This document shows positions 7,248 through 14,737 of a DNA stretch of 26,226 bases, one piece after another. The stretch lies in IMG/VR virus record IMGVR_UViG_3300037782_000075, positions 1 to 26,226 of that record. One strand, written 5' to 3'. The stretch is from a virus (lineage: Duplodnaviria > Caudoviricetes). The notes under the pieces are model-generated. The model made no database searches and was not told where the DNA came from. It saw only the letters and a list, made by a program, of their open reading frames with translations. The stretch's first letter is position 1. Each line of letters begins with the position of its first letter. Position numbers and translations under genes: made by a program.

Positions 7248-7440
7248 GCTTAATCTCCGGTAGTTTGGCTTGAATCTGTTGAACGCGGTCTGTGATAAGA
7301 TCGAGCTTCTGGCGGATCGTTGCCGCATGTCGGGCGTCTACGTCCTGACCATCTAGGGCGCGGGAGTAGATCACGGCATAGTCAAGCAATCCGATGGTTT
7401 CACTCAGTTCATGGTGAAGGCTGGCGAGGTCTCTACGCAT
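7231..7440 (-). CDS. Hypothetical protein (69 aa)
   Basis: Tiles the leftward operon with overlaps; ends in AA*. Confidence 0.7.
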   Translation of the reverse strand: MRRDLASLHHELSETIGLLDYAVIYSRALDGQDVDARHAATIRQKLDLITDRVQQIQAKLPEIKHVKAA

Positions 7441-7669
7441 TGTCTAAATCCTCTAGGTGGGCCATAATCTCGGCCTTGGCTTTTGCTGCTTCCTTCCGCT
7501 TCACCGCTTCAGAATGAGCGATGATTGCAGCGGTTACAGCGGCGTATAGTTTCGCCTCTTCAGCGCGCGCTTCGTGAAACTCGTTGAACACGTCAGCGGT
7601 TCGAAGGTGCCTCAAATAAGGGGCGTCCATAATCGGCTGATTGGCTATCTTGGCGGTTAGATTGAACAT
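7433..7669 (-). CDS. Hypothetical protein (78 aa)
   Basis: SD GGAGA; overlaps its neighbours. Confidence 0.7.
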   Translation of the reverse strand: MFNLTAKIANQPIMDAPYLRHLRTADVFNEFHEARAEEAKLYAAVTAAIIAHSEAVKRKEAAKAKAEIMAHLEDLDNA

Positions 7670-8208
7670 GGCGTTTCTCCATGATTTGGGTGAAAGTTAT
7701 GGCGCTTCTCGGCGCTCTTTCGGGCGCTGATCGCTTCGCTCATGCTGTGAAAGTATCCGAGATGATGGCGCTTACCGTCTGACGTAATGACTGCTCGCCA
7801 TTGCTTGGCATTGCTGCACCAGTAGATGCCGCTGACGCCGCTGGTGTTAGCGCTAGAAAGCCTCATATTTTTCTGATTTTGAGCGCGCGAAACGTCCCGA
7901 AGATTGGCTATTCTGTTGTCTGCCCTGTCGCCGTTAATGTGATCGATTTGCTTCTCTGGCCACTTGCCGTAATGGATAGCCCAAGCCACGCGGTGCGCTT
8001 GGTAACGCTTGCCCAGTAAGGAGCCACGGAAATATCCCTCTTTATTGGTTTTTCCGAATGCCGGCTTTCCAGCGTATCTTGAGTTCCAGACGGATCTTGC
8101 TCGCTCAGAATTGAACCAAATTAGGCTGCGCGATTTCCATGTTAGCGCCCCTGTTTCTGGATCGTAGTCGAGAAGCTCTCTCAAATTTTCTGCGCTTACA
8201 GTGACCAT
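7657..8208 (-). CDS. HNH_3-type homing endonuclease with C-terminal AP2-like domain
   Basis: LLDYDPETG, AHRVAW, IDHINGDRADNRIANLR, NTSGVSGI.W, HLGYF motifs. Confidence 0.9.
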   Translation of the reverse strand: MVTVSAENLRELLDYDPETGALTWKSRSLIWFNSERARSVWNSRYAGKPAFGKTNKEGYFRGSLLGKRYQAHRVAWAIHYGKWPEKQIDHINGDRADNRIANLRDVSRAQNQKNMRLSSANTSGVSGIYWCSNAKQWRAVITSDGKRHHLGYFHSMSEAISARKSAEKRHNFHPNHGETPCSI

Positions 8209-8450
8209 ATTTCGCTCTCCATCAGGATTGCGTGAAGGCGATCCGCATTCAGTGAGGCGGCGCGATTATTGGCAGATTGGTAAGCTGCCCAGTTTTCGTG
8301 GGTTTGGTCAGCGTGCCAGCGCTCGTGAGCCTCATAGCTCTCATTGATCGCTTGTTTTACGTCTTCCCAAGATGGAACGGGCTTGATCAGTTCAGGCTCG
8401 TCCTCTCTCGCTTCGATCTCGTCCCAGATGAGGTTTTTGACTTTACCCAT
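8196..8450 (-). CDS. Hypothetical protein
   Basis: Likely start MGKVK at 8450, coupled to the upstream ORF stop. Confidence 0.7.
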   Translation of the reverse strand: MGKVKNLIWDEIEAREDEPELIKPVPSWEDVKQAINESYEAHERWHADQTHENWAAYQSANNRAASLNADRLHAILMESEIWSL

Positions 8451-8610
8451 TGCTCGCCCCATCTTCGATCATGGCAACAATCAGCTCCCACGCCTCTTCC
8501 AACTCATCCGCTTGCAGCCTTTTGCTATCAGCGGTGAGCTGCTCGCATTCGCTTCGAACGAGCCAATATACGCGCTTTATCGCGGCCAAATTCAATTCTC
8601 GATCAGTCAC
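8443..8610 (-). CDS. Hypothetical protein (55 aa, MTDRELNLAA...EDGASNG), not in the ORF track
   Basis: Translated by hand. GTG start with SD GGGAG; fills the gap exactly with overlaps at both ends. Confidence 0.65.
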   Translation of the reverse strand: MTDRELNLAAIKRVYWLVRSECEQLTADSKRLQADELEEAWELIVAMIEDGASNG

Positions 8611-8881
8611 GCCTTGCTCCCTCTGGTGAGTGGTGATCTTCCCAAAGCTCCAGCAAGTAGCGTTCAGCCATTTCAGCGCGCTCTAGCGCTTGCTCAAAGC
8701 AGTCCCTCAGCTCCGCGAGATACTCAATTGCGTCGTCTTCAAACGCGCCCTTAGAGCGCTGCATCTCTTTAATTGCCTTGGCCATCTCGTAAGAAGCCCG
8801 GTCAAGAAGGTCTTGCGCCTCCCAAACATGATACGGAGCCTTGTGGTTGGCCTGAAGTGTGTCGTAAGGGTTTTTCATCAC
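8603..8881 (-). CDS. Hypothetical helical protein
   Basis: Coupled to the upstream gene; natural-looking composition. Confidence 0.7.
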   Translation of the reverse strand: MMKNPYDTLQANHKAPYHVWEAQDLLDRASYEMAKAIKEMQRSKGAFEDDAIEYLAELRDCFEQALERAEMAERYLLELWEDHHSPEGARRD

Positions 8882-9225
8882 GCGGCCTCCTCATAGAAGC
8901 CTTCACCTTGGCAATCGTCGCAAGGCTCATCGAAAGCGACATGAGCTAGGCCCGTGCCTTCGCAAACTTCACAAGGCTCAAGGCCCTTAATGCGGCCCTC
9001 AAACTCTTCAGGGCCCTCAAAGTGGACACAGCCGCTCGGATTATCCTTGCTCATAACGAGAATGGATTTTGCGAAAGGATGCGGCCAAGCGGCATCGCCA
9101 TTTGTGAAACATGCGAGCCGACGAATTAGCTCGCGGTTCTCGTGGCTTTCATTCCAGAAGTCAGAGCGAACGCGAACGCTCGTTTCGCTGACGCCGTATA
9201 ATTTTCCTGGTGCGTAAGATAACAT
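8878..9225 (-). CDS. First gene of the leftward early operon, with a C-terminal zinc finger
   Basis: Two CxxCxGxG motifs (CEVCEGTG, CDDCQGEG); SD AGGGAG. Confidence 0.75.
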   Translation of the reverse strand: MLSYAPGKLYGVSETSVRVRSDFWNESHENRELIRRLACFTNGDAAWPHPFAKSILVMSKDNPSGCVHFEGPEEFEGRIKGLEPCEVCEGTGLAHVAFDEPCDDCQGEGFYEEAA

Positions 9226-9254
9226 TGTGTCGTGCTCCCTTGTGTAGGGGCAGA

Positions 9255-9294
9255 TTTAAGACACACAAAAATTTAAGTCAACCTGAAATTTAAC
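9255..9294 (-). promoter_or_regulatory. Leftward early promoter/operator (PL/OL-like)
   Basis: On the minus strand, TTGACT-17 bp-TAAATC. Three TTTAA(G/C) repeats. 32/40 identical to the reverse complement of 9662-9701. Confidence 0.8.
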
Positions 9295-9305
9295 TCAGAT
9301 TAAAA

Positions 9306-9617
9306 TTATTTTCCAATCGCCGCTTTTATCATGGCAACCACAGTTGCGCGATTGTCCTCATTTATAAGACGCAAGAGGTCGATAACTTCGCTGTCTTTAT
9401 TGGGGTCATTCTCAATCAAGTCGCTAACACTAACATCTAGCGCAAGTGCGAACGCATTAAGCTGCTCAAGGGTCGGGGACTGATCGCCGCGTTCGATGTT
9501 GCTCACGGTAACATATGACATAAGCTGTTCGCCTGGCTCTTTTTCCATCCGTTCAGCCAATTGCTTTTGCGTGAGGCCGCGGGCCTTACGCCATGCGCGT
9601 ATGTGATGCTTAGTCAT
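9306..9617 (-). CDS. CI-like XRE-family HTH repressor without a peptidase domain
   Basis: IRAWRKARGLTQKQLAE...VSNIERG...PTLEQL..FALALDV. Divergent from a Cro-like gene. Confidence 0.9.
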   Translation of the reverse strand: MTKHHIRAWRKARGLTQKQLAERMEKEPGEQLMSYVTVSNIERGDQSPTLEQLNAFALALDVSVSDLIENDPNKDSEVIDLLRLINEDNRATVVAMIKAAIGK

Positions 9618-9661
9618 TCCGCACTTTACACCTAATGGCAAAATTAATTTATACGCCTCGC

Positions 9662-9703
9662 CTTAAATTTTCATTTGACTTAAATTTCAGTGTGGCTTAA
9701 ACG
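9662..9703 (+). promoter_or_regulatory. Rightward early promoter/operator (PR/OR-like)
   Basis: TTGACT (9675-9680), 17 bp, TAAACG (9698-9703). Three CTTAAA repeats. Inverted copy of the PL region. Confidence 0.8.
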
Positions 9704-9710
9704 ACAAGCC

Positions 9711-9932
9711 ATGACACATCCATTGCGTATCTGGCTCAAGGCCAAAGACATGAACGTGAAAGCTTTTTGTGAAGGTGCTCCGTTTTCGTATGTCACTGTC
9801 TATCGCCTTCTAAAGGGCGAGGGTGACTTTAGCACATCTACGCTCCGAGCAATATCGGATCGGACAGGCGGAACGGTTACAGCCGCGCAGCTCATGGACC
9901 GGCTTGATAACCGCACGAGTGAGGCTGCTTGA
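9711..9932 (+). CDS. Cro-like HTH protein
   Basis: HPLRIWLK...FSYVTVYRLLKG...I...TGG.VT pattern; divergent from CI. Confidence 0.85.
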   Translation: MTHPLRIWLKAKDMNVKAFCEGAPFSYVTVYRLLKGEGDFSTSTLRAISDRTGGTVTAAQLMDRLDNRTSEAA

Positions 9933-9934
9933 CT

Positions 9935-10417
9935 ATGTCTCATTGGTGTCTCGAATGTGAAATGAGAGGCTTTCGCGTTAAAGCGACCCGCTCTTACATT
10001 TCCCCATTCTCTCAAGAGAAAACGCATTTGTGCGAGCGCCATTACCGCGATGCCGTGCATGTCATGGACGCTTTCGAAGACTCGAAAGACCAGATCCGAG
10101 ACAAGGCGGCTCGCTCTTACCGCAAGGCGGGGCCTTCTGCTGAGGCTGGCGCTGCTGCTGCTTTGTCCAGTCCTCAAACATGCGCGGCGATCCTTGGTCA
10201 GCTTCTGATTGAGCCACTGACGCCTGATGAGGTCTCACGGATTACGGGCAAGGTGCTGAACACAGTTCGCGCTCGTATTACGAATATGAAAGATTTTGGC
10301 TATGTCCGCGACACGGGCAAGGTTCGCCTTGCGACCGATGCTGGCAAGTCTGCGACGGTCTGGGAAATCACTAAGGACGGTCGCGAATGGCTCTCAACTT
10401 GGAGGGCTGCCGCATGA
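9935..10417 (+). CDS. Protein with N-terminal Cys/His cluster and C-terminal winged HTH
   Basis: CLEC...CERH; LTPDEVS....LNTVRARIT.M...GYV.DTG.R......ATVW wHTH pattern. Confidence 0.7.
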   Translation: MSHWCLECEMRGFRVKATRSYISPFSQEKTHLCERHYRDAVHVMDAFEDSKDQIRDKAARSYRKAGPSAEAGAAAALSSPQTCAAILGQLLIEPLTPDEVSRITGKVLNTVRARITNMKDFGYVRDTGKVRLATDAGKSATVWEITKDGREWLSTWRAAA

Positions 10418-10542
10418 TTACGCTGAACAGCCAAGGCTTCAAAGAATACCGCTCCCTGATCAAGTCAGGCGTTGAGCCAAAAGAGGCGCACGAGCGCGCT
10501 CTATCCAAACCTGAGAACCAATATCGAAAGAGCCGAAAATGA
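10414..10542 (+). CDS. Small hypothetical protein (42 aa)
   Basis: Translated by hand. SD GGAGG; ATGA overlaps at both ends. Confidence 0.6.
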   Translation: MITLNSQGFKEYRSLIKSGVEPKEAHERALSKPENQYRKSRK

Positions 10543-10685
10543 CCAAACCGCCACCCAAAGGCGACAACTTCCGGCTGATCGGAAAAGTCGCGAACCAAGT
10601 CGTGAATGACTTGGAAAAGCAAGTTGAAACCGTCAAGCGCAAGGGCACACGCCATGACAAACCCACCAAACAATCAAAGCGCTGA
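10539..10685 (+). CDS. Small basic hypothetical protein (48 aa)
   Basis: Translated by hand (MTKPPPKGDNFRLIGKVA...). ATGA-coupled start; overlaps the helicase start. Confidence 0.55.
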   Translation: MTKPPPKGDNFRLIGKVANQVVNDLEKQVETVKRKGTRHDKPTKQSKR

Positions 10686-12009
10686 GTCTGCGTTAGTCGG
10701 TGCGGTTCTGTATGATAACCGCAATCTCTACCGGGCGCAGGAATACGTTAAGACTGAGCATTTCTATGTGTCAGAGTTTCGCGCGATCTGGGCCGCTTGC
10801 ATTGACCTTTCGCGTCAGGGCAAGGTTGCTGACCCGATCACGCTGAAGGAAAGCTTTGATCCGCAGCTATTGGCTGACTTGCTTGATAGCGCCTGCTTTG
10901 GTCCTGAGATTGATGACTATGCTCGAATTGTTGCTGACTGTGCGCAGCGTCGCGCTCTTATCGAGGCGGGCAATCTGCTTGCTAAAGACGCTGAAGGCGG
11001 TTCAGCCGATGACGCACTAGATGAACATGAGCGGGCGATTGAGAGCATTCGTGAGAGTGCCGGAACGTCTGAGCCGTTCCAAAGCCTGAAAGACATTACG
11101 CTAAATGCGCTCGCTAATCGTGAGGCGCGTTTAGATCGGATTATTCAAACGGGCTTCCCGTCGATTGATCAAACCGTTGGCGGGTTGGAGCAGGGGACGT
11201 TCTCAGTTTTGGGTGCGCGCCCTGGTATGGGTAAGACGGTTCTCGGTGTTTGCCTTGGCGGCAATATCGCCAGTTCAGGCGAGACGGTTGGTTATTTCTC
11301 TCTTGAGATGCCCGCAGAAGACATTGGCTTTCGTCTTGGCGCTTGGGAAGCTTGGAAGCGCGGTGACGGTAATGTTCCTGCGTTCTCTGAAATCAAGATG
11401 GCAACCACGACAGAGGACCAAGAGGCCCGTATTAAGGCCGCTATCGGTCAAAGCCATATAGAGCGCTTCTTAGTGAATGACCGGGGCAGACCTTCCCTGA
11501 AGGCCCTGCGTCGCCAGATCCGCGCATGGAACCGCAATTGCCGCCGTAAGGGCTGGCCTGTCCCTCGCGTTATTATCATCGATCACATGGGGCATGTCAC
11601 GCCGGATAATGCGTGGCGCGGGACTTACGAGAAGGTCACAGAGGTCTCTAACGGCTTGCTGGCGATTGCGAAAGAGTTTGACGTTTCTGTCTTGGCTCTG
11701 TCTCAGCTATCGCGGGCGTCTTCTCGTGATGGCGCGCGGCCTAGCTTGCATGACCTGCGTGACTCTGGAGCGGTGGAGCAAGACGCTAACCTTGTCATGT
11801 TCCTGCACCGCGAAGACTATTACCTTCGTAAAGCCGCAGAGGCGGGCGAAGAGGGGGCCGTAGAGCGCCTTCGTCAGGTTCAGGGGCAGGCTGAATGCAT
11901 TATCGCTAAAGCGCGCTCTGGACCCAGCACAACAATCCACATGACGCACAGCATCGGACACAATGTGTTTCGCGATCCGCAGTGGCGTGAGGGGAGGGCT
12001 GCGGCGTGA
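10654..12009 (+). CDS. dnaB: Replicative DNA helicase, DnaB family
   Basis: N-terminal PP....AE.ALVG; Walker A GARPGMGKT; FSLEM; LSQLSR; DLRDSGAVEQDA; IAKAR.G. Confidence 0.95.
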   Translation: MTNPPNNQSAESALVGAVLYDNRNLYRAQEYVKTEHFYVSEFRAIWAACIDLSRQGKVADPITLKESFDPQLLADLLDSACFGPEIDDYARIVADCAQRRALIEAGNLLAKDAEGGSADDALDEHERAIESIRESAGTSEPFQSLKDITLNALANREARLDRIIQTGFPSIDQTVGGLEQGTFSVLGARPGMGKTVLGVCLGGNIASSGETVGYFSLEMPAEDIGFRLGAWEAWKRGDGNVPAFSEIKMATTTEDQEARIKAAIGQSHIERFLVNDRGRPSLKALRRQIRAWNRNCRRKGWPVPRVIIIDHMGHVTPDNAWRGTYEKVTEVSNGLLAIAKEFDVSVLALSQLSRASSRDGARPSLHDLRDSGAVEQDANLVMFLHREDYYLRKAAEAGEEGAVERLRQVQGQAECIIAKARSGPSTTIHMTHSIGHNVFRDPQWREGRAAA

Positions 12010-12896
12010 GTGTGCACCACTTTGAAACCCGTGTTGCTGAAAAAGTCGGGATTCCGGCTGCGGTGATTGCCTATGCGATCCGCTACTGGTGCGACCATAA
12101 GGCGGCGAATGAGAAAGACATTCATGACGGCAAGGCGTGGGTTTATAACTCTGTCAAAGCTTGGGCTGAATTGCTCCCGTATATGTCAGAAAAGCAGATT
12201 CGAACGGCGATCAAAAAGCTGGAAGATGCCGGCATTATTGAGTCCAGAAACCTCAATCTCAAGCAGTACGATCAGACACGCTGGTATGCCTACAATGGGC
12301 TGCAAACTGTAATAAACATTACCAATTGCCCAAATGGGCAAATGGAATTGCCCAAAAAGGCAAATGCAATTGCCCAAATGGGCAACTCCAATTGCCCAAA
12401 AGGGCAAACCAATACCAATAATATACCCAATAATATACCCAATGAAAAAACTGTGCGTTTTGAAGATGCATGGAAATTATACCGCTCTTGCAAGCTGAAA
12501 GCTCGGCAGACGAGAAAGCTCGCAGAGGCTCAATGGCCGAAAGCAATCAAAAAGGCCGATCCTGAAATCATCATGAGCGCGATCAAGCGCGAGGTTGAAG
12601 ACCGGAACAATCCAAGCGGCTTTATTGCAAGCCTTCCCGACATGCACCGTTGGCTGCGTGATGAGCGCTGGCAGGACGTTGAAGCCGAAACCCCTGAACA
12701 GCCAAAATCCCTAGAGGACTGGAAACAGGCCGCAGCCAATTACTGCGAGCTGCAAGTTTGGCCTGCGCCTCTTGGTCCGCCGCCTCACCAAGCCGGGTGC
12801 AAGGCTCCCACAGGATTACTCAAATCAATCGCCAAGAAGATGCAGGGGCACACCTGGCATCGTCAAATCTTGGATAACATAGGAGAAGCAGCGTGA
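12006..12896 (+). CDS. Phage replication initiator (lambda O-like organisation)
   Basis: N-terminal wHTH (WVYNS...W....PY.SEKQIR.AI.KL...G), internal iterons, C-terminal FE..W..Y...WL...RW.D domain. Confidence 0.85.
   Translation: MSVHHFETRVAEKVGIPAAVIAYAIRYWCDHKAANEKDIHDGKAWVYNSVKAWAELLPYMSEKQIRTAIKKLEDAGIIESRNLNLKQYDQTRWYAYNGLQTVINITNCPNGQMELPKKANAIAQMGNSNCPKGQTNTNNIPNNIPNEKTVRFEDAWKLYRSCKLKARQTRKLAEAQWPKAIKKADPEIIMSAIKREVEDRNNPSGFIASLPDMHRWLRDERWQDVEAETPEQPKSLEDWKQAAANYCELQVWPAPLGPPPHQAGCKAPTGLLKSIAKKMQGHTWHRQILDNIGEAA
12324..12443 (+). repeat. Replication origin: four 22-bp iterons plus AT-rich 12-bp repeats
   Basis: AATTGCCCAAA(T/A)(G/A)GGCAA at 12324, 12346, 12368 and 12390, then CCAATAATATAC twice (12415-12438). 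Confidence 0.9.
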
Positions 12897-13201
12897 AAGT
12901 TCGCACAGCCGGAGGGCAATACACTCAGCAATTCAAGGATTGGGTTGCAGCACTTTGGATGAAAGGTTTTTCAGCCGGACAAATCGCAAAGTTTGCGCAT
13001 GACGAGTTCGAGGAACAGGCGCACGGCATTAGCCGCAATAGCATGATCGGTTTGGTTCATCGCATTGGGGCTGGTTCAAAGCGCTTGGAAAATCGCAACG
13101 TTGAATCATACGAGCCGCACGGGATGCGCACGGCATGGATAACGCTTCCGGGCCCTGAGTACTCAATTCCAAAACTTGAAAATGTTCGGAGGGCAGCATG
13201 A
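12893..13201 (+). CDS. GcrA-like regulator (N-terminal domain only)
   Basis: LW.KG.SA.QIA...ISRN..IG.VHR.G matches the N-terminal HTH of alphaproteobacterial GcrA. Confidence 0.75.
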   Translation: MKVRTAGGQYTQQFKDWVAALWMKGFSAGQIAKFAHDEFEEQAHGISRNSMIGLVHRIGAGSKRLENRNVESYEPHGMRTAWITLPGPEYSIPKLENVRRAA

Positions 13202-13638
13202 CTTACGAGATTTTGCGCTTTGACAGAAAGCCGACAGATTCAGAGGCTTACATCATGAAGCGCCAGCGCTTGCGGATCGCTCGTGAGGTCATTTCAGAAG
13301 GCGGCTCGCTTGTTGATTTTGCGAGGATCGTTGGAATCACGCGTGTAGGTGCGCTGAAATACCTGGAAAAGCATTCGCCTGCCACGCGCCGCGCTTTGGC
13401 TGACAATAATCGCGGGCGGTCTATGCATCCTATCAGGGTGCTTGAACGGCTTAGAGTGATTGCCGGGTGCCGGACACAAAGGCAGGCGGCGAAGAAGCTA
13501 GGGATAACTCGTGGCCGTGTCAGTGTTTTTCTAAAGCACTACGCCCCCGAAGGCATCGAGGACGCTCTTGAGCTTTACGAGAGCCTGTACGGCGTCCCGT
13601 TGCTTGATGCAGCCAATCAACAGGACGCCGCAGCATGA
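13198..13638 (+). CDS. Tandem HTH protein
   Basis: Two HTH-like segments: SLVDFARIVGITRVGALKYL and TQRQAAKKLGITRGRVSVFL. Confidence 0.7.
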   Translation: MTYEILRFDRKPTDSEAYIMKRQRLRIAREVISEGGSLVDFARIVGITRVGALKYLEKHSPATRRALADNNRGRSMHPIRVLERLRVIAGCRTQRQAAKKLGITRGRVSVFLKHYAPEGIEDALELYESLYGVPLLDAANQQDAAA

Positions 13639-14168
13639 GCCACTATCTTTTCAGATTTAACCAAAGCGCAGAGGACCGCGTTCGCCGCAATGCGGGCCGC
13701 TTAGGCATCGAAGTCATAGCCCCACGCGTCACAACCTGGCGACGCATTGGCAAGCGCGGCAAGCCAAAGCCTGTCGGGGTGCCGGCGTTCCATTCTTATT
13801 TAATTTTGGGATTTGAGCGTGAGCAATTGTTTTTAGCGCTGACCAAACTGCATCGATCTGTGAAGCCTCTGCTTGTGCCCTACGATGGTGAAAACTGGAC
13901 TTTGGCGCGTATCCCGCAGAGGGAAATAGATGCAATACGCGATTGCAGGCATTTTAAGGGGTCGTCAGCGCGGGAATTGGTGACCGAGGTGGTGCCAGAC
14001 CCAAAATTCAAAGAAAGCGAGCTACTGCGCATTCTCGGCGGTTCTATGGGCGGTCTTGAGGGAAAGGTTATCCGAGTAGATCGAGACGCGCGAGAGTGTG
14101 CGCTTGATATGGGTGGCATATTTGGCAAGGTCACGGTGGCTTATGACCACTTGGAGCGGGCGGCATAG
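13635..14168 (+). CDS. NusG-family transcription factor (NGN + KOW); putative late antiterminator
   Basis: NGN-like ...PAFHSYLIL... and IP..EI..IR; KOW-like F...E.LRILGG.MGGLEG.V; IFGK. Confidence 0.8.
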   Translation: MSHYLFRFNQSAEDRVRRNAGRLGIEVIAPRVTTWRRIGKRGKPKPVGVPAFHSYLILGFEREQLFLALTKLHRSVKPLLVPYDGENWTLARIPQREIDAIRDCRHFKGSSARELVTEVVPDPKFKESELLRILGGSMGGLEGKVIRVDRDARECALDMGGIFGKVTVAYDHLERAA

Positions 14169-14172
14169 TCTG

Positions 14173-14204
14173 TTGACTTTGTTGGCGAATGCGGGTTTTA
14201 TAAA
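14173..14204 (+). promoter_or_regulatory. Putative late promoter (pR'-like)
   Basis: TTGACT at 14173-14178, the same hexamer as PL/PR, followed by an AT-rich TTTTATAAA box at 14196-14204. The exact -10 register is uncertain. Confidence 0.55.
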
Positions 14205-14258
14205 TCCGACGTGCTGAGTTGCTGGCAGCTTTTAGCTGATAACCGTGCCCGGCGTCTG

Positions 14259-14301
14259 GGGCTTGGGGCATTCAATGCCTGCGCGAGCCCAAGTGTTTTT
14301 T
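14259..14301 (+). terminator. Terminator-like hairpin 1 in the late leader
   Basis: GGGCTTG/CGAGCCC enclosing GGCAT-TCA-ATGCC; T6 begins 5 nt after the stem. Confidence 0.45.
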
Positions 14302-14314
14302 ATGTTCAATTTTC

Positions 14315-14370
14315 AGCGCCGCACGTCTTCGCGTGTTTGTCTCCTTGTTTAACTTGTGCGGCGCTTTTTT
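14315..14370 (+). terminator. Terminator-like hairpin 2 in the late leader (large loop)
   Basis: Perfect 10-bp stem AGCGCCGCAC/GTGCGGCGCT with a 31-nt loop, running into a T-tract. Confidence 0.6.
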
Positions 14371-14385
14371 CTTCAGGGGTATGAT

Positions 14386-14655
14386 ATGAGTGAAGCGTTT
14401 TACGACTTGACAGAGAGCTATCAAAATCTGCGACGTGAGATTGAGACGGTTGAGAAAAAGTTTGAAGAGTTGCCCGCTATGCGTGAGCAACTTTATAAGT
14501 TGGCAGAGCGTATCAAAGCCTATGTTTCAGATCCTGGCCTAGAGCCTGTCGAAGAGCCCGAACCAATCGAGCCCATGACAGACCTTACTGGCGTAGACTA
14601 CGCGCCTGCCTTCGAAGGCTATCAGCCTAACGGCGCTTTGCCGGAAACCGACTAG
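14386..14655 (+). CDS. Hypothetical coiled-coil protein, first late gene
   Basis: SD-like AGGGG; N-terminal coiled coil with a Pro/Glu-rich tail. Confidence 0.7.
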   Translation: MSEAFYDLTESYQNLRREIETVEKKFEELPAMREQLYKLAERIKAYVSDPGLEPVEEPEPIEPMTDLTGVDYAPAFEGYQPNGALPETD

Positions 14656-14660
14656 TCAAG

Positions 14661-14735
14661 TTACCTGCAAGGGGCGGTGCGTCCCCACGTGTTGAGGTTT
14701 TGATTCAGTCCAAAACCGCCGCCCCTTGCGGGTAA
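14661..14735 (+). other. Long inverted repeat / structured element
   Basis: TTACCTGCAAGGGGCGG (14661-14677) pairs with CCGCCCCTTGCGGGTAA (14719-14735) with one G-U; inner hairpin GGTTTTG/CAAAACC. Confidence 0.7.
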
Positions 14736-14737
14736 AC

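Noticed and set aside
9255-9304. CtrA boxes (TTAA-N7-TTAA) in the early promoters
   Set aside because: TTAA spacings are 13 and 6 nt rather than 7; phage operators explain the repeats better.
12324-12443. CRISPR-like array
   Set aside because: Repeats are contiguous with only 4-nt variable gaps and lie inside the initiator ORF; they are iterons, and no cas genes are present.
14673-14683. RfaH ops-like GGCGGTGCGTC
   Set aside because: It lacks the conserved TAG of GGCGGTAGnnTG and lies downstream of the leader terminators, inside a GC-rich stem.
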